DNA of 45,312 nucleotides from Candidatus Hydrogenedentota bacterium (GTDB lineage Bacteria; Hydrogenedentota; Hydrogenedentia; Hydrogenedentales; SLHB01). Each line of letters starts with the position of its first letter. Within the stretch, counting starts at the first letter, position 1. The stretch lies in the NCBI GenBank assembly GCA_029974275.1, contig JARKSN010000103.1, positions 1-45,312 of the forward strand, written 5' to 3'. Below the pieces are notes generated by a model. That model was not told the origin of the DNA. It saw only the letters and a list, made by a program, of their open reading frames with translations, and ran no database searches. Position numbers and translations under genes: made by a program. Of the stretch, positions 18,596-27,596 are shown one piece after another.

Positions 18596-19959
18596 CCGTT
18601 TCCTCCCATCAACGTGCGGGCGATCTGCTTGCCCTCTTCAACGCCGGGCTGATCGAAGGCGTTCACGTTGTACAAGCGGCCCGCCATCGCCGTTTGCGCC
18701 TCGAAGAGGTAGAGCGTCTGGGCGATGGTGTTCTCGTTGATGACGGGGAGGATGATCCGCATGACGGGGCGCTGGCTGATCTTCAGGGCGTCGATGGAGC
18801 CGCGCAGTTCGGCGGCCATGAGCCTGTTCATCGACGCTCCGCGCAAGTAACCGAGCTCGCTGACGAATTTCAGGGATTCCGGAATGCGCAGCGTCTTGGA
18901 AAAGCGCGCCACCTCGAGCGTCGTGATGGTTTTGTTGTTCGGGCCTTCCCGGTAAAGCTGCATCTGGCTATGCTGGTCCGTTGCGCCCAGCGCCTTGATG
19001 GGGGTCTGCCCCGCGTACACTTCCTCGCCATCGAGCGTGTAACGCTTGCCCAAGCTTTCCGCCCAGAGTTGCCGGTACCAGTCCGCAATGTCGCGCAAGG
19101 CGTCGGCGTACGGCATCATCACCGACATCGTCTTGCCTTTGTGCGTGTCTGCGAGATACTCGATGGCCGCGCGCAAATACGCCGGATTTTCATCCAGCGA
19201 GGCCGCAGCGCAGCGTTTGTCCATCGCGGCGCAACCCTCACGGAAGCCGTCGAGATTCATGCCCAGCATGGCCGCCGGAAACATGCCCACGGGCGAAAAG
19301 ACGGAAAAACGGCCCCCTACGTTGAGGGGCACCTCAAAACTCTTCAGACCATAGTGGTCCGCCACAGGATGCAGCAGGCTCGGCTTGGCGCCCTTGCCTC
19401 GCGGATTCGTCGTGACCACCAAGTGATCTTTCACGGCGGCTTTGCCGAGTTTCTTCTCAAGGAGATCGATGACTATCATCAACTGAGACATCGTTTCCGC
19501 GGTCTCGCCGGACTTCGAAATGGCGTTGTAGAGCGTTTTGCCCGGCGGGCACAGGCGCATCATGTCGCGAAAGGTGACCGGGTCGATGTTGTCCATGACA
19601 AACACGCGCGGGAATCCCTTGCGCGCGCGCTTGGATTGGATGTTATAGTGCTGCGAACGCAATGCCGTGATCAGGGCGCGCAGACCCAACGCCGATCCGC
19701 CGATGCCCAAAACGACGAGGTTTTCGCAGCCCTTCCTAAGGAAAGCCTCTGCCGTGGTCTTGACGTCCCCCCAAACGCCTCGGTCTTTGTACAGATCCCA
19801 AAAACCATAGACGCCGTCCTTGCGTTCCTTGCGCAAAACCTTGTGGGCCGCAGCTATCTGGGGCTCGACGCTCTTTAACTCGACCGGCATGACGCCGTTT
19901 TCCTTGCCGACGGCAGACGACTTCGCGCGCGTCACGTCAATGCGGATATCAAAAGCCAT
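18592..19959 (-). CDS. pgi: glucose-6-phosphate isomerase
   Basis: VLGIGGSALG, ISKSGETAET, VGGRFSV, QLWAESLGK, TDQHS, FDQPGVEEGK; start at ATG 19959 after a GGAGG RBS. Confidence 0.96.
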   Translation of the reverse strand: MAFDIRIDVTRAKSSAVGKENGVMPVELKSVEPQIAAAHKVLRKERKDGVYGFWDLYKDRGVWGDVKTTAEAFLRKGCENLVVLGIGGSALGLRALITALRSQHYNIQSKRARKGFPRVFVMDNIDPVTFRDMMRLCPPGKTLYNAISKSGETAETMSQLMIVIDLLEKKLGKAAVKDHLVVTTNPRGKGAKPSLLHPVADHYGLKSFEVPLNVGGRFSVFSPVGMFPAAMLGMNLDGFREGCAAMDKRCAAASLDENPAYLRAAIEYLADTHKGKTMSVMMPYADALRDIADWYRQLWAESLGKRYTLDGEEVYAGQTPIKALGATDQHSQMQLYREGPNNKTITTLEVARFSKTLRIPESLKFVSELGYLRGASMNRLMAAELRGSIDALKISQRPVMRIILPVINENTIAQTLYLFEAQTAMAGRLYNVNAFDQPGVEEGKQIARTLMGGNG

Positions 19960-20173
19960 ATTAGCCTCCATGTTGGTGGTTCCGGGTTGCATCGCGCGGA
20001 TATTGTACAGGAAATGCCGCGCCCGTTTCTTATCGCGCGTGCAGCCGCTCACCCTTCCCTCGGAGCCCGGACTGCCCGCGCGGGAACCGGGCGCTGCAAA
20101 AGCCGACGCGCTGCGCCAAACAACAAGACCTGGAGCGTGTGGAGCCGGGAAAACATTACGGCCAGGAGGATAA

Positions 20174-20202
20174 TTGACGTCGCCGCATGAGGGTGATAGC
20201 AT
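20174..20202 (+). promoter_or_regulatory. sigma70-type promoter for the radical SAM unit
   Basis: TTGACG-17 nt-TAGCAT, about 85 nt upstream of the first radical SAM gene. Confidence 0.55.
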
Positions 20203-20285
20203 AGGAAAATCGGGATAGTTTTCTTATTTATAGGAACCGTCGGCTCGGCGCATATAGCCGCTCCTACGGGGCGGAGATGTTTTTC

Positions 20286-21755
20286 GTGAAAGTTCTGTTC
20301 GTAATCCCAACCGCGTTCGCGCTCGAACCGTTGGGCGTCATGTTGCTCACGGCAATCTGCAAACGCCACGGGCATACGACCAGCCTCGCCATTTTGAGCA
20401 AGTCCGACCTCGTCCGTCGAGTTGCCGAATTCGAGCCCGACGTCGTTGCCTACAGCGCCACGAGCGCCGACGCGCCTGTCTTCAAAACCGCCGATGAACG
20501 GCTCCGAACGGCGATGCGCCAGAGCGGACGCCGCGTCTTCCGGATTATGGGCGGTCCCTATCCTACCTTCACGCCATCGGTCATCGATGAACTCGAACTC
20601 GATGCCATCTGCCAGGGCGAAGGCGATCACGCAATGCCGGAACTCCTGCGAAGGCTGGAGGCCGGCGAGAGCATCGAGGGCATTCCCAACATTGCCCTGA
20701 CGAGTGCAGGCGCGCCCCTCAAAGAATTGGTGCAGGACCTCGACGCGCAGCCTATCCCCGATCGCGACGAGTACTACCGCGTCGTGCCGTATTACCGGAT
20801 TTCCGGCATGCGATCGCTCATCACGGGGCGGGGCTGCCCCTACAACTGCACCTATTGCTTCAATCAGGCGTTCAACGACATGTTCCGCGGCTGCGGTCCC
20901 ATTTTGCGGCGGCGTTCCGTCGAAAACGTTCTCGAAGAAATCGAATATATGGGCAAGCACTATCCGCCGATGCGACTCGTGCGTTTCACCGACGACACCT
21001 TCGCGCACGGCGTCGACCCGTGGCTCGAAGAGTTTTGCGAGAAATACCCCCGACGCATTGGATTGCCGTTCTACTGTCTGATGCGATCGAACACGCTGAC
21101 CGAAGACACGGCGCGCTTGCTGAAACAAGCCGGCTGCCACGCGGTCAGCATGTCCATCGAGAGCGGGTCGGAGGCGATCCGAAACGGAATCCTTGGGCGT
21201 AGCCTTACCGACGAGCGGGTGCGCGAATCCTTCGCCATCGCGAAGCGATACGGTCTGCGCACGTTCGCCAGCACAATGCTCGCCATTCCCGGCACATCGC
21301 TCAAGGAGGATTTTGAGTCGCTGGAGTTTGTGCGACGCCTCAAACCCACTGCTCCTCTGTTCCCGATCTGGACGCCGTACCGAGGCACGCAAATGTGGCA
21401 GCAGGCCGTGGACGCGGGATTGCTCGACACCGGCGCCGATGTCGCGAATTGGTTCAATGGAGCGAGTGCGTTGAATTGCTATACCCCGGAAGAGAAGAAC
21501 ACGCAATTGCGCATCTGTTTCGTGGGGCCTTTGTACGTTAACGCGCCGCGTTTTCTGCAACCGCTGCTGCTACGTCTCATCAAGAGCAGGATTCCCATAG
21601 GCCTGATGTTGCCGCCATTGGCAATCTATGTCACATACCGCATCTCGACGCGCATTTTTCCGCAAGGCATTCCACGCAGTCCCAGCGGCTTGTTTCACAT
21701 GATCGTCGAGACGGTGAAGTACATGGCTACGCGCGGCGAGGCCCAAAAACCGTAG
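20286..21755 (+). CDS. cobalamin-binding radical SAM enzyme (class B type)
   Basis: B12-binding domain (EPLGV..L, MGGPYPT, GEGD) plus GRGCPYNCTYC, FTDDTF, IESGS. Likely start GTG 20286 (MKVLFVIP) after GGAG; the track start is 20277. Confidence 0.92.
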   Translation: MKVLFVIPTAFALEPLGVMLLTAICKRHGHTTSLAILSKSDLVRRVAEFEPDVVAYSATSADAPVFKTADERLRTAMRQSGRRVFRIMGGPYPTFTPSVIDELELDAICQGEGDHAMPELLRRLEAGESIEGIPNIALTSAGAPLKELVQDLDAQPIPDRDEYYRVVPYYRISGMRSLITGRGCPYNCTYCFNQAFNDMFRGCGPILRRRSVENVLEEIEYMGKHYPPMRLVRFTDDTFAHGVDPWLEEFCEKYPRRIGLPFYCLMRSNTLTEDTARLLKQAGCHAVSMSIESGSEAIRNGILGRSLTDERVRESFAIAKRYGLRTFASTMLAIPGTSLKEDFESLEFVRRLKPTAPLFPIWTPYRGTQMWQQAVDAGLLDTGADVANWFNGASALNCYTPEEKNTQLRICFVGPLYVNAPRFLQPLLLRLIKSRIPIGLMLPPLAIYVTYRISTRIFPQGIPRSPSGLFHMIVETVKYMATRGEAQKP

Positions 21756-21773
21756 CGCATCCGAGGAGACAGC

Positions 21774-23498
21774 GTGCCGCAACGCAAGCTATTGCTAACG
21801 TCCGTCGTGGGGCCCTACGGCATCGAAGATGAATATGCCGCCGGGTACGGCATGCTCATGGACGGGCTCAAGATCAACCTCTGTTACGGTCAGGGCGTGC
21901 ATGCGCCGCAAGCCACGCAGAGCAGTTTCGCACTCGACCTGCTTGCCCTCAACATCTCCGTGCCGACGACCGTGCTCGATTTCCCGTCGTGGCAACGCTT
22001 CACGCGAGAACTTGAAAAGGGCTATACGGACGTCGGCATCTCGTTCGTCATGGCCAATGTGTACAAGGCCAAACGCATGGCGGAGTACATTCGCGCGCAC
22101 TATCCCGACGTGAAGATCATTCTCGGCAGTTACGGAACGCTGATACCGGGCATCGAGGACATGCTGCCGTTCGACGCGATGTGCCGGGGGGAGGGCGTGC
22201 GCTGGTTGCGCGCCTATTTTGGCGACGATCCCAATGCCCCCTTGGTGCATCCGGTGATGTCGTACCTGACCAAAATGCGCGCGTACGGCGTCAACGTGAG
22301 CAAACGTCTTAAATCGGCGATCATCATTCCGGGGCTTGGCTGCGAAGGAGCCTGCGATTTCTGTTCCACGACGCGCATGTTCGACTATCACTATCTGCCC
22401 ATGCTGCGCAACGGCCAGGAGTTTTTCGAACTCTGCCTTCGAGGCGACGCGCAACTGGGCATCCAGTCGTTTGCCGTGTACGACGAGAATTTTGCGAAGA
22501 ACACCCAGATGGCGCGCGAGATTCTGGCGGAGATGGAGCGGCACGGCAAGCCATACAAGTTCACCATGTTCGCCTCGGCCAACGTCGTGCAGGCCATGGG
22601 CGCGGATTTTCTCGTGCGCATGGGCTTCGAACAGATTCTCATCGGCGTCGAGTCGACGCAACGGCCCTATGCAAAGACCCAGGGCGTCGACATGGCGGCG
22701 CTCGTTCGCGATCTTCAGGACAAAGGCATCACCGTCACGACGTCCATCATTCTTTTCCTCGAAGAACACAACAAACAAAATATCTGGGACGAGATCAACG
22801 CGGCCATCGCGCTCGGCAGCGAGATTCAGATATTCAACATGGTCGTGCCCATTCCCGGCACGCAGTTATATGACGAGTTCCGCAATAAGGGGTATGTCGA
22901 CGAACAACCCAACTACCGCGAGATGCACGCACTCACGCTCGTTGTGCCGCGCCACCCCCACTTCACGACCGATGAGGCGCACGACATTCAAGTCAAAGCG
23001 TATCGCATGAAGTATGAGGCCAATGGCCCGGTCACCCTTGCCAAGTGCCACACGATGGTGCGCGGGTATTTGCGAGCGATGGAGGATTTCAAGACGCGCG
23101 AGCGGGAGGGCCTTGCTTGGGACGAGGAGGCGATGCGGTATGTGAAACGCGACAACCCGGCGCCCGACACGTTTATGAAGTTGCGCATCGCGGAATTGCG
23201 CGATCGCGCCCGACGCGGACGCCCCATTCTCCTGACCTGCTGGGCGTATGCGGTCAACCAAAACGCGCGCCGAAAGGCCCGGGAAACGATGCATCTTTAC
23301 CGGAAGGCTTTTGGGCCCATGACGCCTATCGAGTGGATCGTGTCGCTGGGCGTGCTGTGTACGGCATCCATCGAGGCGATCCGCATCTGGATTCGCGAAA
23401 AATTGCTGGGCAAACATCCTTCAGGCTATCAGCCCCCGACGCGCTGTGTGCAGTATCCCGGCGCCGCCCTTCGACATGACGCCCAGCATGGACACTGA
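21774..23498 (+). CDS. radical SAM enzyme with B12-binding-like N-terminal domain
   Basis: VGISF..KIILGSYG..CRGEG, GLGCEGACDFC (CxxxCxxC), YDENF, IGVES, PIPGT. Confidence 0.87.
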   Translation: MPQRKLLLTSVVGPYGIEDEYAAGYGMLMDGLKINLCYGQGVHAPQATQSSFALDLLALNISVPTTVLDFPSWQRFTRELEKGYTDVGISFVMANVYKAKRMAEYIRAHYPDVKIILGSYGTLIPGIEDMLPFDAMCRGEGVRWLRAYFGDDPNAPLVHPVMSYLTKMRAYGVNVSKRLKSAIIIPGLGCEGACDFCSTTRMFDYHYLPMLRNGQEFFELCLRGDAQLGIQSFAVYDENFAKNTQMAREILAEMERHGKPYKFTMFASANVVQAMGADFLVRMGFEQILIGVESTQRPYAKTQGVDMAALVRDLQDKGITVTTSIILFLEEHNKQNIWDEINAAIALGSEIQIFNMVVPIPGTQLYDEFRNKGYVDEQPNYREMHALTLVVPRHPHFTTDEAHDIQVKAYRMKYEANGPVTLAKCHTMVRGYLRAMEDFKTREREGLAWDEEAMRYVKRDNPAPDTFMKLRIAELRDRARRGRPILLTCWAYAVNQNARRKARETMHLYRKAFGPMTPIEWIVSLGVLCTASIEAIRIWIREKLLGKHPSGYQPPTRCVQYPGAALRHDAQHGH

Positions 23499-25185
23499 TC
23501 CGAATCAAGGGAGCGCGATATACGCGACGGCTGCGCATCACATCCAGCAGCGCCGCGTAACGTGGCTTTTGAAGTGGGTTGCCGTTTCCATCATCGCGCC
23601 CTTGTGTTTGTTGATCGCCATGGAGCTTGCGTTGCGGGCGTTTGGCTTCTGGCATCCCAGCGCTTACCTATTGAGTCAAAAAGACGGAGCGGGCCGCGAA
23701 TTCCTGAATACAAACAAAACTTTCCTTTGGAATTTCTTCCCGGGATCGCAGTCTTTTAGTCCTTCACCGGTCTATTTCATGGCTCAAAAAGAGCCGAACG
23801 TGTTCCGTATTGTCGTGCTGGGCGAATCGGCGGCGCTTGGCCTACCCATTCAAGAAGCGAGTTTTTCCCGCATTCTCGAGGAGATGTTGCAGCGCCAATT
23901 TCCTCAGTTGAATTTCGAGTTTCTCAATGCCTCCACACCCGGCATAAATTCACATGTTCTACTCGCCATGGCGCGCGAATACGTTGCATACTCGCCCGAT
24001 GTATGCATCGTGTACGCCGGCAACAACGAGTTCACGGGCCCCTTTGGCGCGGCTACAAGCAAAACGGGACCGTTGCCATTGCCTGTCATTCGCGCCACGA
24101 TATCGGCGCGAAAAACCGCTCTTGCATCGTGTCTGCGCGGCTTTTTCTCGGGCTTCGCGCCGCAGGCTTCTCCCATGCCGTCCGGGCTGCGCGGCGCTTC
24201 TCCCGATGGGGCATGCAGGGATCGCACGCACCGCATCTTCAGGCAAAACCTCCACGACATTTCGGCGGCGGCGCTTGGGTCTGGAGCCGCGCTTGTCTTG
24301 TGCACCGTGCCGACGAATGAACGGGACTTCCCCCCGGCCTCTTCTCGGCACAGGACAGGCCTCTCTTCTTCCTTGCAACAAGAGTGGGAGCGACACGTTC
24401 ATGAGGCGCGCTCATGGGAAGCGAAAAACGAACCCGCCCAGGCCCTTTCTGCGTACGCCAAGGCCGCCGAAATCGATTCCCTTCCTGCCGAACTTCACTA
24501 CCGGATGGCTTGCTGCGTCTTGGCGATGGGGGACCGGGCAAGGGCCAGCGTAGAGTTTGAGAAAGCCCGCGATCTCGACGCGTTGCCTGTTCGCGCGGAC
24601 ACGCACATCAATGCGGCGATCCGGGAAACAGCCGCCACGTTCACCTCGCGTGGCGCTATGCTGGCCGACTGTCTCGCAGATTTCCGGGAGCATTCTGTGG
24701 ACGGAATTCCGGGAAACGCGTTTTTTTACGATCATGTGCATCTGACGTTTGGAGGAAACCACCGCATCGCTTCCACCCTGCTGCCTCTGGTTGCGCGCGT
24801 CATTCAATCGAAACGAGGATTAGGGCCTGTTGCTGCCTCTCCAATCCCCCCTGATTCGCGAGAGTGGGAAGAAATGCTGGGCTTCACGCCTTGGCATGAT
24901 CGGTACGCAAAACAACTGGCCCCAGCCCTGATAAAATCCGCGTTGGCCCTCTTCGCGGCGCAAGCAAGACCGGCGACAGCCCCGCTCCCGATAACGCGAG
25001 AGGAACTGCAACGCGACATTGCGACGGCGCAACGCTATCTGCAGCGGCGTCCCTTTGACGAAGCGCAACGGGCCAAACTGGCTATCATGGATCGCGATCT
25101 AAAAATCCTGGAAGGAACCTCCATCCAGTCCCCAGTCTTGCATAGGCCGGACGTTTTTGTGTTCGATGCGGAGAAGATGCCCTGA
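23476..25185 (+). CDS. membrane-anchored SGNH/GDSL-like hydrolase with TPR insert (paralog 1)
   Basis: N-terminal TM (MELALRAFG), block I VLGES, block II PG, block III GNNE, TPR segment, block V DHVH; overlaps the upstream stop; start 23476 or 23488. Confidence 0.8.
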   Translation: MTPSMDTDPNQGSAIYATAAHHIQQRRVTWLLKWVAVSIIAPLCLLIAMELALRAFGFWHPSAYLLSQKDGAGREFLNTNKTFLWNFFPGSQSFSPSPVYFMAQKEPNVFRIVVLGESAALGLPIQEASFSRILEEMLQRQFPQLNFEFLNASTPGINSHVLLAMAREYVAYSPDVCIVYAGNNEFTGPFGAATSKTGPLPLPVIRATISARKTALASCLRGFFSGFAPQASPMPSGLRGASPDGACRDRTHRIFRQNLHDISAAALGSGAALVLCTVPTNERDFPPASSRHRTGLSSSLQQEWERHVHEARSWEAKNEPAQALSAYAKAAEIDSLPAELHYRMACCVLAMGDRARASVEFEKARDLDALPVRADTHINAAIRETAATFTSRGAMLADCLADFREHSVDGIPGNAFFYDHVHLTFGGNHRIASTLLPLVARVIQSKRGLGPVAASPIPPDSREWEEMLGFTPWHDRYAKQLAPALIKSALALFAAQARPATAPLPITREELQRDIATAQRYLQRRPFDEAQRAKLAIMDRDLKILEGTSIQSPVLHRPDVFVFDAEKMP

Positions 25186-25247
25186 AATGGCGTACGCATG
25201 CCCCATAATATTGGCGCCATATCTCGCGTGTAGCTGGAGGAAACTTG

Positions 25248-27425
25248 ATGCCGTCGGAAGGCGAATCTGCGTTGACCGCTGAGGAAACGAAGGATTTTCT
25301 CGATGGCGTTGTCGAGCGCATCGTGTTCGAGAGTCCCGAGAGCGGTTTCATTGTCGGAAGGTTGCGCATGAAAAACTCGCCGGACCTCGTCACCTTTGTC
25401 GGCAACCTAATGGCCTTGTCTCCCGGCGAGACCGTGCGGTTGTGGGGACGTTGGGTGGACGACCAGCGCTTCGGGCGTCAGTGGCGCGTTGATCGGTTTC
25501 AAACCATCCTCCCGACCAGTGTCGACGGCATCAAGAAATACCTCGGCTCGGGCATGATCCCCGGCATTGGCCGCAAATACGCCGAGCGGATCATCGACAT
25601 CTTTGGCGTCGAGACGCTGCGCGTGATCGATGAAGAGCCGGAACGCCTGCTCAAGGTGCCGGGGTTTGGTCGCAAACGCGCGAAACAAGTCCGCGAAGGA
25701 TGGGCCGCGCAAAAGGCCGTCCAGTCGATCATGATCTTTCTGCAAGGCCACGGCATTGGACCTGCGATGGCGCAACGCATATACCGGCGCTATGGCAACG
25801 CCGCCGTCGCGATCGTGCGCGACAACCCCTACCGATTGGCGACCGAGATTCACGGCATTGGCTTTCGTTCGGCGGACGCCGTCGCAATGGAGGTCGGCAT
25901 CAGCAAGGATTCCCCGCGCCGACTTGAAGCAGGCCTACTCCACACGATGCAGCAGTCTTCGCTGAAGGGCCATGTCTTCAGCGAACGTACGGAACTGTTC
26001 GAGGAAGCGTCGCGACTACTGGAGGTCGATGTCGCGCTTCTTGATGCTCCGCTAAAGACGCTATCCAACGATACGCATCTCGTGCTCGACAACGACGACC
26101 AACACGTTTATCTCAAAGCCCTGTGGGATGCCGAGACAGGCGCGGCGGAATTGCTGAGTCGTTTAATGCGTACGCGCGCGAACGACGTGCCCATCAAAAC
26201 CGAGAAGGCCGTCGAATGGGTCGAGAAACACAACGGCATTGCGCTGTCCCCGGAACAACGCGACGCCATCCGCACGGCCATTCACTCGAAGGTCATGGTT
26301 ATCACCGGCGGGCCGGGCACAGGCAAGACAACGGTCCTGAATAGCCTGTTGACGATCTTCGAAAAGAAGGACGTACGTATCCTCTTGGCCGCGCCGACGG
26401 GGCGCGCCGCGAAACGCATGGAATCCGCAACCGGAAAGCCCGCGCGCACGTTGCACCGGCTGCTCGAATTCAGCCCCAAACTCGGCGGTTTTTTGCGCAA
26501 CGAGGACAACAAACTCAGCGCCGATCTCATCGTGCTGGATGAATGCTCGATGGTCGACATCGAGTTGCTGCACCATTTCCTGAAGGCCGTGCCCGTACGC
26601 GCGCGGGTCGTCTTTGTCGGCGACGTCGATCAGTTGCCGAGCGTCGGTCCTGGCAACGCGCTGATGGACCTCATCGCGAGCCAGGCGATTCCGACCGTGT
26701 GGTTGAAGACGGTGTTCCGTCAGGCCGAGGCGAGCGGCATCGTCGCCAATGCGCACCGCATCAACTCCGGACAGTATCCCGAGTTCAACGACAAAGACTT
26801 TTTTTTCGTCGAACGCAAGGAACCGGCGCAAGCGCTCGAAACCATCATCGAACTCGTTGCGAGCCGCATTCCCAAGAAGTGGAACCTCGACCCGCTTCGC
26901 GATATCCAGGTCCTCGCGCCCATGCATCGTGGCGACGTGGGGGTGTCGGGTTTGAACGAGGCCCTGCAGAACGCGCTCAATCCCGACGGCGCCCCCCTCC
27001 CGCGCCAGAAATTTCGCAAGGGCGACAAAGTCATGCAGATGCGCAACAACTACGATCGCGACGTGTACAACGGCGACGTCGGCGTCATCACCGTCGTCGA
27101 TGAGGAAACGCGCGAAGTCGAGGTCGCGTTCGAGGACCGCGCCGCGATCTACCCCTTCGACGAACTCGACGAACTTGCGCTGGCCTACGCGAGCACCGTC
27201 CACAAAGCGCAAGGCAGCGAATATCCCGCCGTGGTCATGCCCATCGTCAGCCAACACTATGTAATGCTGCAACGCAGCGTCCTCTACACCGGCATCACCC
27301 GGGCGCGACAGCTCGTCGTCGTCGTCGGCGAACACCGCGCCCTCCGCGCCGCTATCGCCAACACCCGCGTCACCCGCCGCAACGCGCGCTTGGCGGAAAG
27401 ACTCAAGGAGCGACGGATGGAATAG
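25248..27425 (+). CDS. recD2: ATP-dependent RecD-like DNA helicase (RecD2, SF1B)
   Basis: GVVERI N-terminus, HhH repeats (IPGIG, VPGFG), GGPGTGKT, APTGRAAKR, DECSM, GDVDQL, VFRQA, HKAQGSE, YTGITRA; GGAGG RBS. Confidence 0.95.
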   Translation: MPSEGESALTAEETKDFLDGVVERIVFESPESGFIVGRLRMKNSPDLVTFVGNLMALSPGETVRLWGRWVDDQRFGRQWRVDRFQTILPTSVDGIKKYLGSGMIPGIGRKYAERIIDIFGVETLRVIDEEPERLLKVPGFGRKRAKQVREGWAAQKAVQSIMIFLQGHGIGPAMAQRIYRRYGNAAVAIVRDNPYRLATEIHGIGFRSADAVAMEVGISKDSPRRLEAGLLHTMQQSSLKGHVFSERTELFEEASRLLEVDVALLDAPLKTLSNDTHLVLDNDDQHVYLKALWDAETGAAELLSRLMRTRANDVPIKTEKAVEWVEKHNGIALSPEQRDAIRTAIHSKVMVITGGPGTGKTTVLNSLLTIFEKKDVRILLAAPTGRAAKRMESATGKPARTLHRLLEFSPKLGGFLRNEDNKLSADLIVLDECSMVDIELLHHFLKAVPVRARVVFVGDVDQLPSVGPGNALMDLIASQAIPTVWLKTVFRQAEASGIVANAHRINSGQYPEFNDKDFFFVERKEPAQALETIIELVASRIPKKWNLDPLRDIQVLAPMHRGDVGVSGLNEALQNALNPDGAPLPRQKFRKGDKVMQMRNNYDRDVYNGDVGVITVVDEETREVEVAFEDRAAIYPFDELDELALAYASTVHKAQGSEYPAVVMPIVSQHYVMLQRSVLYTGITRARQLVVVVGEHRALRAAIANTRVTRRNARLAERLKERRME

Positions 27426-27517
27426 AAACGCGGATTCTTTCACCCGAAAAGCGTTGTTGAGAAATTTTAGCGCGGTTGCAGCCTTTTAGGAAGCGTGATG
27501 CTGCGCCCTTCCCTCCA

Positions 27518-27545
27518 TTGCGCGAAAAGAGAACTCTGCTACAAT
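27518..27545 (+). promoter_or_regulatory. sigma70-type promoter (extended -10) for SGNH-TPR paralog 2
   Basis: TTGCGC-16 nt-TACAAT with a TGn extension. Confidence 0.55.
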
Positions 27546-27596
27546 GCCTCGCAGTTTGCGGTCCTCAACAGAACATTGCAAAAGGGCGTCTGAACC

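Noticed and set aside
20040..20160. Cobalamin-riboswitch-like fragments (CCGGACTGCCCG, AGACCTG) and a GC hairpin upstream of the B12 radical SAM genes
   Set aside because: The GGGAA..GGTG..AA.TCC core is missing and the region lies upstream of the predicted promoter; an Rfam scan would settle it.
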